Assembly (NCBI GenBank): GCA_964503145.1
Contig: CAZCYV010000009.1
Span: 47,874 to 111,873, forward strand
DNA from: an uncultured Anaerolinea sp.
Lineage (GTDB): Bacteria; Chloroflexota; Anaerolineae; Anaerolineales; UBA4823
Length of the DNA: 64,000 nt
Direction of reading: 5' to 3'
Shown: piece after piece, positions 1 through 10,000 of the stretch
How positions within the stretch are numbered: position 1 is the stretch's first letter
Layout of the letters: every line of letters starts with the position of its first letter
Position numbers and translations under genes: made by a program
Notes under the pieces: generated by a model
Told to the model about the DNA's origin: nothing
The model's input: only the letters and a program-made list of their open reading frames with translations
Database searches by the model: none

Positions 1-1
1 C

Positions 2-190
2 GATGCCATTGCCCGGCGCAGCGAGAACGCCGGTAAGCCGGTCCTGTTTGCGGTCACCCTGAAGGACGCTGTGGATCAGCTCGCCCGGCAGGTGCAGCCG
101 GGGGATGCGCTTCTGGTGCTTTCGGCTGGGGACGCCGATCAGATCACAGTCGAGTTGTCTCGGCGGTTGTCGGGAAGCTGGAAGGTCTAA
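2..190 (+). CDS. murC: 3' end of a Mur ligase gene, probably UDP-N-acetylmuramate--L-alanine ligase (partial, runs off window start)
   Basis: Open frame from the window edge to TAA at 188-190. Translation ...PGDALLVLSAGDADQITVEL... looks like a Mur-ligase C-terminal tail. Sits directly upstream of murB-ddl-ftsQAZ. Confidence 0.55.
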   Translation, partial: DAIARRSENAGKPVLFAVTLKDAVDQLARQVQPGDALLVLSAGDADQITVELSRRLSGSWKV

Positions 191-205
191 AAAACGGAGA
201 AAAGC

Positions 206-406
206 ATGGCTGAAGAAAAACGCACCTTCGAATCCGATGCGCAACTGCTTTCACCCCTGAAGCTGCAGGCGCGTCGCCCGAAAGCGAAAAAGCGCCCCGC
301 AGATCACCTGCCCGAAATTGAGGCGGATGAGCTTTCGGAGCACGCTTCGCTGCCCATCTCGCAAGAGTTAATCCTGCGTCTGATCAAGGTGTTGAAAGAG
401 ACATGA
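206..406 (+). CDS. small hypothetical protein (66 aa) between murC and murB
   Basis: ATG preceded by GGAGAA 6 nt upstream. Fills the murC-murB gap exactly, ending 4 nt before the murB start. Charged, K/R/E-rich sequence with no family I recognise. Confidence 0.4.
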   Translation: MAEEKRTFESDAQLLSPLKLQARRPKAKKRPADHLPEIEADELSEHASLPISQELILRLIKVLKET

Positions 407-410
407 TGGC

Positions 411-1382
411 ATGATCGCCCTGGGCCTACACGTGTTGGACCTGCATCTGTTGCGCACGAACTTCGGCAGCCGCCTGCAAGAGCAGGCGCCCCTGGCGCGG
501 CTCACCGCTGCGCGCCTGGGCGGACCTGCCGATGCGTTGTTGGAAGTCGAGAACTCGCAGGAGTTGATGGATGCGGTTCTGTTGGCCTGGGAGCAAGATT
601 GGCCTTTTATCGTCCTGGGCGGCGGCTCGAATGTCCTGATCAGCGACGCCGGGGTGCGCGGCCTGGTGATCCTGAACCGCGCCCGGCAGGTTCGCTTCGA
701 TGAGCAGGCCGAGCCGCCGACGGTTTGGGCCGAGTCGGGAGTTAACTTTGGCTTGCTGGCGCGCCAGGCGGCGCAGCGTGGCTTGGCAGGGCTGGAATGG
801 GCGGCCGGCATCCCGGGGACGCTGGGCGGCGCCGTGGTTGGCAACGCCGGGGCGCATGGCGGCGACATGGCGGGGAACTTGATCCTGGCCGAAATCTTGC
901 ACCTTCCCGATGACAGGCGGCAAGACAAGCCTGAGCTTCAGGTATGGCCGGTGGAGAAACTGGAATATGCCTATCGCAGCAGCGTCTTGAAACGCCAGGG
1001 CAGGACAGGCCGAAGTCGGCCCTCTGCGGTTGTCCTGGCGGCGCAGTTACGCTTAGAGCGCTCGGCGCCGGAGCAGGTGCAGGCCAGGATCGATGAGTTT
1101 GTGGCCTACCGCAAGCGCACTCAGCCGCCGGGGGCCAGCATGGGTTCGATGTTCAAAAACCCACCCGGCGATTACGCTGGCCGTTTGATCGAGGCCGCCG
1201 GCCTGAAAGGCGCCCGCGTGGGCGATGCGCAGATCAGCCCGGTGCACGCGAACTTTTTCATCAATTTGGGCAATGCCAGCGCCAGGGACATCCGTGCGTT
1301 GATCGAACTGGCGCAAGAGACGGTGCTGCGCAAGTTCGGCGTTGCCCTCGAACTGGAGATCGAACTGATCGGTGAATGGTGA
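411..1382 (+). CDS. murB: UDP-N-acetylenolpyruvoylglucosamine reductase
   Basis: 323 aa with the FAD-binding motif VLGGGSNVLISDAGVRGLVI, a MurB C-terminal domain, and dcw context. Confidence 0.9.
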   Translation: MIALGLHVLDLHLLRTNFGSRLQEQAPLARLTAARLGGPADALLEVENSQELMDAVLLAWEQDWPFIVLGGGSNVLISDAGVRGLVILNRARQVRFDEQAEPPTVWAESGVNFGLLARQAAQRGLAGLEWAAGIPGTLGGAVVGNAGAHGGDMAGNLILAEILHLPDDRRQDKPELQVWPVEKLEYAYRSSVLKRQGRTGRSRPSAVVLAAQLRLERSAPEQVQARIDEFVAYRKRTQPPGASMGSMFKNPPGDYAGRLIEAAGLKGARVGDAQISPVHANFFINLGNASARDIRALIELAQETVLRKFGVALELEIELIGEW

Positions 1383-2518
1383 TGCGAATGGGTGAGAAGT
1401 TGCGGGTTGGGGTGATTTTTGGCGGTCGTTCAGGGGAGCATGAGGTTTCCCTGATGTCGGCGCGCTCTGTGCTGGCCGCCTTCGACCCCGATAAGTACAT
1501 CGTCACTCAGATTGGCATCAGCCACGAGGGCGCCTGGCTGGTCGGCGATCGGGCTTTGGATGCTTTGCAATCTGGCGATCTGGGATTGCTTTCCCAGGCC
1601 GCCCTTTTGCCAGATCCGACTCATCCAGGCCTGCACACGCTGAGCCCGGCCGCGCCGGGCGAACTGCTGCAACACCTGACCGATCTGGACGTCGTCTTTC
1701 CGGTGCTGCATGGCACGTTCGGCGAGGATGGGGCGATTCAAGGCCTGTTCGAACTGGCCGATCTGGCTTATGTCGGCGCAGGCGTGCTTGGCTCTGCTCT
1801 CGGCATGGATAAAGCGCTGTTCAAGACGGTGATGCGCGCCAACGGTATCCCGGTGGTGGATTGGATCGTTGCCTCCCGCGCCGAGATTCAGGCTGACGTT
1901 CAGGCGGTCGTCGATCGGGCGCTCAAATTATCCGATTTCCCGTTGTTCATCAAGCCCGCCAACCTGGGTTCTTCCGTGGGCGTCACCCGCTGCATGACCC
2001 CGTCGGACGTGGTCGAGGGTCTGTACGAAGCCGCGCGTTTCGATCGCCGCGTGTTGGTCGAGCGAGGATTGGAACACCCCCGAGAGATCGAGGTGAGCGT
2101 TCTGGGCAACGATGCGCCGTTGGCCTCCGCGCCGGGCGAAATCTTGCCCAGTCGAGAGTTTTATTCGTACGAATCGAAGTATCTCGATGGCGCATCGGAA
2201 CTGCTCATCCCTGCGCCGATCTCCGGTGAATTGTCGCGGCGCATCCAATCCCTGGCGATCCAGGCTTATCGCGCCATCGATTGCGCCGGCATGGCCAGAG
2301 TGGATTTCTTGCTCAGCCAGGGCGACAATGGCTTGGAAGAACTGTACCTGGGTGAACTGAACACCATCCCAGGTTTTACTCAGATCAGCATGTATCCCAA
2401 ACTGTGGGAGCACAGTGGATTGTCTTATCCGGCGTTGATCGACCGATTGATACAACTGGCTCTGGAGCGCAAAGCCGAGCGCGATCGAACCGAACGGCGC
2501 TTCCACAGGGAGTCTTGA
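1376..2518 (+). CDS. ddl: D-alanine--D-alanine ligase
   Basis: N-terminus LRVGVIFGGRSGEHEVSL plus an ATP-grasp body. Overlaps the murB stop. The start could be ATG 1376, 1382 or 1388. Confidence 0.9.
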   Translation: MVMRMGEKLRVGVIFGGRSGEHEVSLMSARSVLAAFDPDKYIVTQIGISHEGAWLVGDRALDALQSGDLGLLSQAALLPDPTHPGLHTLSPAAPGELLQHLTDLDVVFPVLHGTFGEDGAIQGLFELADLAYVGAGVLGSALGMDKALFKTVMRANGIPVVDWIVASRAEIQADVQAVVDRALKLSDFPLFIKPANLGSSVGVTRCMTPSDVVEGLYEAARFDRRVLVERGLEHPREIEVSVLGNDAPLASAPGEILPSREFYSYESKYLDGASELLIPAPISGELSRRIQSLAIQAYRAIDCAGMARVDFLLSQGDNGLEELYLGELNTIPGFTQISMYPKLWEHSGLSYPALIDRLIQLALERKAERDRTERRFHRES

Positions 2519-2520
2519 CT

Positions 2521-3687
2521 ATGAGCAGGCGAGATGAGATGAAAGCCAACAACACACACGAGCGGGGCAGGGCAGCCCCATCGCGCCGCACGGATGAGAT
2601 CCGCCGCCGCCGCACGGCGCAATCTCATGCTGCCCGACAAAAAGAACGCCGCCAACGTTCCTCCTCTCTGCTGGGTGGCATCATGGGTCGTTCTGCGCCT
2701 GGCCGCCGCGCAAGCGCGGCGGTGGGCGCGCCGCCGGTGATGGCGCGGGGTTTCGCCGCCCGCACCTCGTCATCCGCCGCCCAGCGAGGATATAAGGCCC
2801 GCCGGCTGTACAATGTGAGCCTGAGCGCGCCGGGTGCAGAGATGCGCCTGCCCACGCTGCCACGCCTGGGCCTGGGCTGGCGCTCGGCTTCGTTTCTCTT
2901 GCTTGCTTTCTTGTTGGGCATCCTGTACTATTTCTGGACAGCGCCTGACTTTCAAGTAAAGGAGGCCAAAGTCAGCGGCCTTCAGCGCCTCACCCGTGCG
3001 GATGTCAACAGGGCGCTGGCCTTGCAGGGTCAGCCCGTGTTCACCCTGGATGCCGGCCAAATCCAGAACGAGTTGCTCGAGGCTTTCCCGGAATTTTCCC
3101 AGGTTGCGGCCCAGATCGAACTGCCCAACACCCTGGTGATCACGGTGACCGAACGCGTGCCGGTGTTGATCTGGCGCCAGGACGGGGCCTCGAAACTGGT
3201 GGATGCGCAGGGGATGACCTTCCCGGCGCGGGATGAGGCGGCGCTGAGCGCCTATCCGGTGATCGAGGCTGCCGGGGATCCTCCGCCGCTGCCCGGCGCA
3301 ATGGATCCGGCGACGATGGCGATCGACAGGCCGGTGGACATCGAGAAGGTGCTGGCCGACGGCCTGAAGTTGGGTCTGCCGCTGGAGGGCGAAGCGACGC
3401 CGTTCCTGGCGCCAGAGACCGTCGCTGCGTTATTGCAGATCATCGACCAGGCCCCGAATGGCGCCCAGGTCATCTATGAGCCGGCGCATGGATTTGGCTG
3501 GCTGGATCGTCGGGGCTGGAAGGTGTATTTTGGACATCTTCCCCCCGGTGAACCGCCTCAGATCGAGGCCAGGCTGCAGGTATATCGGGCGATATTAGAT
3601 CAGGTGAAAGCCGCCGGCGCAAAGCCGAGCGTGATCAGCGTGGAATATCTCCACGTACCTTATTATCAACTGGAGCCATCGGAGTAA
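2521..3687 (+). CDS. ftsQ: cell division protein FtsQ/DivIB-like (POTRA) with a long Arg-rich cytoplasmic N-terminus
   Basis: ATG 2521 lies just after the ddl stop; the ORF-track start at 2404 overlaps ddl. Single TM (SFLLLAFLLGILYYFW) followed by a POTRA-like FQVKEAKVSGLQRLTRADV. Position is between ddl and ftsA. Confidence 0.8.
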   Translation: MSRRDEMKANNTHERGRAAPSRRTDEIRRRRTAQSHAARQKERRQRSSSLLGGIMGRSAPGRRASAAVGAPPVMARGFAARTSSSAAQRGYKARRLYNVSLSAPGAEMRLPTLPRLGLGWRSASFLLLAFLLGILYYFWTAPDFQVKEAKVSGLQRLTRADVNRALALQGQPVFTLDAGQIQNELLEAFPEFSQVAAQIELPNTLVITVTERVPVLIWRQDGASKLVDAQGMTFPARDEAALSAYPVIEAAGDPPPLPGAMDPATMAIDRPVDIEKVLADGLKLGLPLEGEATPFLAPETVAALLQIIDQAPNGAQVIYEPAHGFGWLDRRGWKVYFGHLPPGEPPQIEARLQVYRAILDQVKAAGAKPSVISVEYLHVPYYQLEPSE

Positions 3688-3693
3688 TTGCCT

Positions 3694-4935
3694 ATGGAAG
3701 ACCAGCTATTGATTGGAATCGATGTTGGCACGACCAAGATCTGCACCCTGGTCGCCCGGGAGGAAGTCCAGGGGCAGTTGCGCATCCTGGGCGTTGGGAT
3801 CGAGCCTTCACAAGGGCTGCGCAAGGGCGTTGTCGTCGATCTGGAGGCCGCGGCGCAGGCCGTCGCCCGCTCGGTCGATAAAGCCGAGCGCACCTCCGGG
3901 GTGGAGATCCTTTCCGCCCTGGTCAGCCTGGCGGGTTCGAACGTCTCCTCGGTGAACAGCCGCGGCGTGGTAGGCGTGGCCGGCCGGGTGATCGACCATG
4001 ACGACGTCGCCCGCGCGGTTGACGCCGCCCGCGCCGTAGCCATCCCCCACAACCGGGAGATCGTCCATGTCATTCAGCGCAGCTTCGATGTGGATGGTCA
4101 GGACGGAATCCGCATGCCCATCGGCATGCATGGCTATCGCCTGGAGGTCGAGACGCACATCATCACGGCTACGGCCGCCTCGGTCGAAAACCTGCGCCAG
4201 TGCATCAGCGCGGCCGGGGTCGAGGTGGCCCAGTTTGTGCTCAACCCGTTGGCCTCCGCCGAGGTGGTGCTGAACGAGACCGAGCGCCAGATGGGTGTGG
4301 TGGTCTGCGATGTGGGCGGCGGCACCACCGATATGGCCATCTACGTAGATGGGGATGTCTGGCACACCGCCGTGCTGGCCATTGGCGGCAACCACATCAC
4401 CTCGGACATCGCCCAGGTGTTGCACCTGCCGAACTCTCAGGCCGAGGAGATCAAGTTGCAACATGGCCACGCCAACCCTGAAGAGATCGACCCGGCGCAG
4501 TACTTCAACATCCGCCCGTTTGGCGAAGACGATGTCGTTCAGATCGGGCATCAGGAGTTAGTGCACATCATCCACGCCCGCGTCGAAGAGATCTTCGGCA
4601 TGGTCGTCCAGGAGATCAAGCGTTCGGGCTACGATGGGTTGTTGCCGGCGGGGATGGTGCTCACCGGCGGCACCAGCCTCTTGCCGGGCATTCGCACGGT
4701 CGCCAGCCGGGTGCTGGGGGTGCCGGTGCGCATCGCCCAGCCCGAGCGATTGGTAGGTATGACCGACCGGCTGGAATCGCCGGCGTTCTCGACCAGCGTG
4801 GGTTTGCTGCGCTGGGCAACTTTAATGAGCGAGGTGGCGCCGCAAGGCGGCAAGCGCCGCCTGCGCGCCAGCACCCAGGGCAGCGGGCCGGACTGGGAAG
4901 GTGTCCGCAACTGGCTCAAACGGCTACTGCCCTGA
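3694..4935 (+). CDS. ftsA: cell division protein FtsA
   Basis: Actin-like ATPase motifs [15 protein letters not shown] and [16 protein letters not shown] sits 9 nt upstream of ATG 3694; TTG 3688 is an alternative start. Confidence 0.9.
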   Translation: MEDQLLIGIDVGTTKICTLVAREEVQGQLRILGVGIEPSQGLRKGVVVDLEAAAQAVARSVDKAERTSGVEILSALVSLAGSNVSSVNSRGVVGVAGRVIDHDDVARAVDAARAVAIPHNREIVHVIQRSFDVDGQDGIRMPIGMHGYRLEVETHIITATAASVENLRQCISAAGVEVAQFVLNPLASAEVVLNETERQMGVVVCDVGGGTTDMAIYVDGDVWHTAVLAIGGNHITSDIAQVLHLPNSQAEEIKLQHGHANPEEIDPAQYFNIRPFGEDDVVQIGHQELVHIIHARVEEIFGMVVQEIKRSGYDGLLPAGMVLTGGTSLLPGIRTVASRVLGVPVRIAQPERLVGMTDRLESPAFSTSVGLLRWATLMSEVAPQGGKRRLRASTQGSGPDWEGVRNWLKRLLP

Positions 4936-5021
4936 TCGGCTGTTCAAATGGAGACAGGCCGCCGTCAAAGGTAGAAAGAGCAATGCATCCGTCGAGTTTT
5001 TATGTTATGGAGGAGGAACCA

Positions 5022-6161
5022 ATGTCAACACACACCAATCCTTTACCCAACCAGGTCGAGTCCTTCGCCCGCATCAAAGTGGTGGGCGTAGGCGGCGGCG
5101 GTTGCAACGCCGTTGACCGCATGATCGATGAGGGCCTGCAGGGCGTCGATTTCGTTGCCATCAACACCGACGCTCAGGCGCTGATGCTCTCCAAGGCGTC
5201 GACCCGGGTGCGCGTGGGCGAAAAGCTCACCCGCGGCCTGGGCTCCGGCGGCGACCCTGAGGTGGGCCGCAAAGCCACCGAGGAGTCCGCAGAGGAGCTG
5301 TACGGCGTCCTGAAAGGCTCGGACATGGTCTTCATCACCGCTGGCATGGGCGGCGGAACCGGCACCGGCGGCGCCGCTGTGGTGGCGCAGATTGCCAAGG
5401 AGGTCGGCGCGCTGACCATTGGCGTGGTCACCCGACCGTTCACCTTCGAAGGCTCGCGCCGCATTCAGGCCGCCGAAACGGGCATCACCCGGCTCAAGGA
5501 GCAGGCCGACACCCTGATCGTTATCCCCAACGATCGCTTGCTGCAGATTGTGGACAAGCGCGCCAACCTGCAGGCGGCTTTCCGCATGGCGGATGACGTG
5601 CTGCGCCAGGGTGTGCAGGGCATCTCCGAACTGATCACCGTCCCTGGCCTGATCAACCTGGACTTCGCCGATGTGCGCACGATCATGTCCGAAGGCGGCG
5701 CGGCGCTGATGGCCGTCGGCACCGCCAAAGGCGAGGACGCGGCGCGCATCGCTGCCGAGCAGGCCATTTCCAGCCAGTTGCTGGACATCACCATCGACGG
5801 CGCGCGTGGCATCCTGTTCAACGTCACCGGCGGCCCCGATCTGACCCTGTTCGAGGTCAATCAGGCCGCGGCGATCATCAAGGAGACCGCGCATCCGGAT
5901 GTTAACCTGATCTTCGGCGCGGTGATCGATCCCGGCATGAAGGATGCAGTGCGCATTACGGTGATCGCTACGGGTTTTGAACGCACGGGCGTGCCGCGTC
6001 GGATCATGGAGTCCGCACCGAGCGAGTCGCGCCCGACTCCCATCGATCTGCCCGCCGAGCCGCAACCGGCGCGCCCGGCCCCTCGGGAATTCCAGCCGCG
6101 CTCCTTCAACACCGAAGATCTGGATATCCCGACCTTCTTGCGCAACCGCACCAACCGCTAG
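5022..6161 (+). CDS. ftsZ: cell division GTPase FtsZ
   Basis: Tubulin signature [13 protein letters not shown] and N-terminal [25 protein letters not shown] lies before ATG 5022; the ORF-track start at 4983 is probably too early. Confidence 0.93.
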   Translation: MSTHTNPLPNQVESFARIKVVGVGGGGCNAVDRMIDEGLQGVDFVAINTDAQALMLSKASTRVRVGEKLTRGLGSGGDPEVGRKATEESAEELYGVLKGSDMVFITAGMGGGTGTGGAAVVAQIAKEVGALTIGVVTRPFTFEGSRRIQAAETGITRLKEQADTLIVIPNDRLLQIVDKRANLQAAFRMADDVLRQGVQGISELITVPGLINLDFADVRTIMSEGGAALMAVGTAKGEDAARIAAEQAISSQLLDITIDGARGILFNVTGGPDLTLFEVNQAAAIIKETAHPDVNLIFGAVIDPGMKDAVRITVIATGFERTGVPRRIMESAPSESRPTPIDLPAEPQPARPAPREFQPRSFNTEDLDIPTFLRNRTNR

Positions 6162-6181
6162 ACGGGGCGGTTTGCTGGCCT

Positions 6182-6207
6182 CCCTGGCAGTGCTGCTCTT
6201 GCCAGGG
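6182..6207 (+). terminator. stem-loop just downstream of ftsZ
   Basis: CCCTGGCA (6182-6189) pairs with TGCCAGGG (6200-6207), starting 21 nt after the ftsZ stop. No clear U-tract. Confidence 0.45.
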
Positions 6208-6336
6208 GATGAATACAAACGCAAAGGATTGCCGGTTTTCTCCTCCCGGTGACCGCATCCTGTCTGCTTGCCCGGCGCCCGGTCGGCGCATGCTTCCCCA
6301 TATCTGCCTTCGCATGGTGAAGCGGGCGGCAGAGAC

Positions 6337-6369
6337 GTTGAGCCTGGCGCACATCGCGCCAGGCTCAAC
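6337..6369 (+). terminator. 14-bp perfect hairpin followed by a short T-run
   Basis: GTTGAGCCTGGCGC-acatc-GCGCCAGGCTCAAC, then ACTGGTTTCG. Confidence 0.45.
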
Positions 6370-6421
6370 ACTGGTTTCGAATAGCCGGAAAACTTTAAGG
6401 AATTTTCGGTACTCTCTCCCC

Positions 6422-6450
6422 TTGCCATAAACCCGAACCTGTGCTAGAAT
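6422..6450 (+). promoter_or_regulatory. sigma-70-like promoter for nrdR(-nrdJ)
   Basis: TTGCCA (6422-6427), a 17-nt spacer, then TAGAAT (6445-6450), about 85 nt upstream of the nrdR ATG. Confidence 0.6.
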
Positions 6451-6462
6451 GCACGTCACCTT

Positions 6463-6508
6463 GCCTAGATATATGGGTCTAAGATATATATACCCCCATA
6501 TATGGCGG
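6463..6508 (+). promoter_or_regulatory. tandem NrdR-box-like operators
   Basis: Three A/T palindromic cores flanked by G/C arms: CCTAGATATATGGG, AGATATATATACC and CCCCATATATGGCG. The outer cores are about 30 bp apart. They lie just downstream of the -10 and upstream of nrdR. Confidence 0.6.
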
Positions 6509-6535
6509 CTACATTTGTTCTATTGATGAGACTGC

Positions 6536-6985
6536 ATGCGCTGTCCATACTGTAAGAATCCGAACTCGAAAGTGATCGACACCTCGCATGATACTCGAGG
6601 CGGTGTGCGCCGCCGCCGTGAGTGCGAGGGCTGCGGCCAGCGCTTCAGCACCTATGAGCGCCCGATCCTGGCCACGCCGCTGATCATCAAGCAGGATGGC
6701 ACGCGCGAGGAGTTCGACCGCGAAAAGCTGATCCGCGGCATCCGCATCTCCTGCGCCAAGCGCCCCGTCTCCGCCGCCGATATCGAACGCCTGGTCGGCG
6801 AGATCGAATCGACCCTGCAGGCCATGGGCCGCGCCGAAGTTTCTTCGCGAGTGGTGGGGGATATGGTCATCGCCGGGCTAAAAGAGCTGGATCAAATCGC
6901 CTATATTCGCTACGCTATCGTCTATCTGGGATTAGACGACCTGAAATCCATCCGCAGCGAAATCGATCGCCTGCTCGAAGGCTAA
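6536..6985 (+). CDS. nrdR: transcriptional repressor NrdR (Zn ribbon + ATP-cone)
   Basis: [17 protein letters not shown]...[12 protein letters not shown] followed by an ATP-cone; 149 aa. Confidence 0.93.
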   Translation: MRCPYCKNPNSKVIDTSHDTRGGVRRRRECEGCGQRFSTYERPILATPLIIKQDGTREEFDREKLIRGIRISCAKRPVSAADIERLVGEIESTLQAMGRAEVSSRVVGDMVIAGLKELDQIAYIRYAIVYLGLDDLKSIRSEIDRLLEG

Positions 6986-7085
6986 GCGCATCCAATGCCA
7001 CGGCCTTGCGGGGGAGGCTGGCTGCGGCATCGATGTTTGTCTGGAAGTTCGATTACTATTCTTAGAATCCGAGGGAGAGAATGAG

Positions 7086-10000
7086 ATGTTGAAACAAGTA
7101 AACGCTTCCGAAGAGCGCAACGGTTTGCTGCCCACTCCGCCCCTGCCCGCCGACCTGCCGCCGGTCTCGCTGACGGACAACGCCCGCCAGGTGTTGGTTC
7201 GTCGCTATGTGCGCCGCGGCAAGGACGGCCAGCCTGTGGAGACCGTCGAAGAAATGTTCTGGCGCGTGGCCTACCATGTCGCCGCCTGTGAGGCCGCCTG
7301 GGGCGAGCAGGTGCTGCCCCGCGCCCGCCAGTTTTACGAACTGCTCACCTCCAAGCGTTTCTTTCCCAACTCTCCCACTTTCACCGGCGCCGGGACGCCG
7401 CTGGGTCAACTCGCCGCCTGCTTCGTCCTGCCCATCAGCGACGACATGGGCCGCGATCCCGCCGGCATCTTCCAGACCCTGCGCGATGCGGCCCTGATCC
7501 AGCAAACCGGCGGCGGCAACGGTTTTTCCTTCTCCCGCCTGCGCCCCAAGGGCGCCCTGGTCAAATCCTCCGCCGGCCAGGCCACCGGCCCGGTCGGTTT
7601 TTTGCGCGTCTATGACAAAGCCTTCGGGGAGATCGCCCAGGGTGGCACGCGCAGGGGCGCCAACATGGCTGTGCTGCGCGTCGATCACCCCGATATCGAA
7701 GAATTCGTCACCTGCAAGACCGATGAGAATGCCATCACCAATTTCAACATCTCTGTGGGCATCACGGATGCTTTCATGGAGGCGGTTCGCAACAACGCCG
7801 ACTGGGATCTGCGCTTCCCGGATCTGGATGCCGAGGCTTATCGCGGCTTCAATGGCACTCTGGAGCAGGCTGAGGCCGCGGGCATTCCCATTAAAGTGTA
7901 TAAGACCGTGCGCGCCCGAGAACTGTTCGATAAGATCGTGCGCCAGGCGCACCACAACGGCGAGCCGGGCGTGCTCTTTTTGGATACCGCCAACCGTTCC
8001 AATCCCGTGCCGCATCTGTACCAGTTGGAAGCTACCAATCCGTGTTTCGTCGGTCAGACCCGCATTCCAACTGAATTTGGCCTGCTGACCATCGCCGAGC
8101 TGGCCCAGGCGGGCCTGGACGGCTATATCGCCGCCGATAACCGTGCCCAGGCGCAGGGAATGCCGAACGCCCAACCGGGCGTTGCTCTACGTCCGGCCTC
8201 TCCCGCCTGGCTGACTCGCCGGGATGCGCCGGTGTTTACCATCACTACCCGTATGGGCTATCAGGTTACGGCCACCGCCGATCACCGCTTCTTGACGCCC
8301 AATGGCTATGTGCCTCTCGAACACCTGCGCCCTGGGGATACCCTGCTTCTTCAGAGCGGCGAAGGCCCATGGAGTCGAGAAACCCGCCTCCCCAACTTCG
8401 AAGCGGTGGCAGAGAAGATGGCGGCAATGGCGCTCTCCGGCGATCGAGCCACCGATCATCTGGTACAACGGGCGGATTTCCAGCAGTTGTACGCCAATCT
8501 CCCCACCCGCTGGTCGCATGAGCTTGGCCTGGTGCTGGGCTGGCTGGTGGGGGACGGCTGGCTTTCGGAAACCAGCAATAGCCCAGTCGGGATGGTTTTC
8601 TCCAGCCCGGAAATGTTCGAAATGATCCATCAGCCTTTGGCCGAGTGGTTTGGCCCCGGCCATGTTCACGTGCGCGGCGAGTTGCTCCAGCTCACCTATG
8701 GCCGCTTGCCCTACGAGTTTTTCCGCTCACTTGGCGTACAGCCCGTGCGCGCGCCGGAAAAACGCCTGCCAGAGGCCATCTGGATTGCGCCGCGCCCGGC
8801 GGTGGTTGGCTTCCTGCAAGGTCTGTTCAGCGCCGATGGGACGGTTCAGGTCAACCGGCGCAAGGGAGATTGCACCATTCGCCTCGCCAGCAGCTCAAAA
8901 GGGCTGCTCCAGGATGTACAGATCCTGCTGAGCAATTTCGGCATCCTATCCCACGTTTACCACCGCCGCCCGGCTGGCCGCAAAGCCATGCCCGATGGGA
9001 AAGGCGACCAGGCAGAATATGCTTACCGCCCACAATATGAACTGGTTATCGGCAAAGCAAACCGCGATCGCTTTGCCGAGTTGATCGGTTTTGCCGACGT
9101 CGAAAAGCAAGCTCGTCTTCAGGCGTTCATCTCGGCAAAGAAACGCCGGTCGAACACCGAGCGTTTCACGGATGTAGTAAAGCATATCCGCCCGGCAGGT
9201 CGCGCCGATGTGTATGATTTATCCCAGCCGCAGACCAATAGCCTGATCGCTAATGGCTTCGTGGCGCATAATTGCGGCGAACAATTTTTAGGTCCATACG
9301 AAAATTGCTGCCTGGGCTCGGTCAACCTGGCGCAGCATTTTGGCCCGAACGGCGCGGTGGATTGGGAAAAGCTGCGCCAAAGCGTCGAGCTATCGACGAT
9401 TTTCCTGGATGATGTGGTGGAAGCCAACGCCTACGTGCCGGCGGTGCCGCAGCTTGCCCAGGCTGCACTCCGCGCCCGGCGCATTGGGCTGGGCATCATG
9501 GGGCTGGCCGACCTGATGTACCACGCCGGGGTGCGCTATGGTTCGCCTGAGGGCCAGGAATTCGCCTCCCAGGTGATGGAGTTCATCCGTTACCACTGCA
9601 TGAAGACCAGCATCGCTCTGGCCGAAAAGCGCGGGCCTTTCCCTGCCATCCAGGGCAGCCTGTATGACCCCCAGAACCTACGTTGGCAGCCGCCTCGGCC
9701 CCTGCTGCCTTACACCCGCGATTGGGGGCGACCGGCGGTGGATTGGGGCTCGATCCTGGATGGCATCCGCCGACACGGCATCCGTAACGCCGCTCAGACC
9801 ACCATCGCCCCCACAGGGACGATTGCCACGGTGGCTGGCTGTGAAGGCTACGGCTGCGAGCCGGTCTTTGCCCTGGCCTATATCCGCCACGTGAACGATA
9901 ACGGCAAGGACCTGAAGCTCACCTACGCCAGCCCGGCGTTTGAGAAGGCCTTGCTTGAAGCCGGCATCGACCCGCAGACGCGCCAGACGATCGTTGACCA

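Noticed and set aside
5043-6428. 461-aa ORF antisense to ftsZ
   Set aside because: It lies opposite an unmistakable ftsZ. The product is rich in Arg, Ala, Gly, His and Asp, with no motifs. This is a typical stop-codon-poor antisense frame in high-GC DNA.
6986-7085. Possible cobalamin riboswitch upstream of the B12-dependent nrdJ
   Set aside because: The spacer is only 100 nt and I could not find a B12-box-like element. This is too short for the usual 200-nt aptamer plus expression platform.
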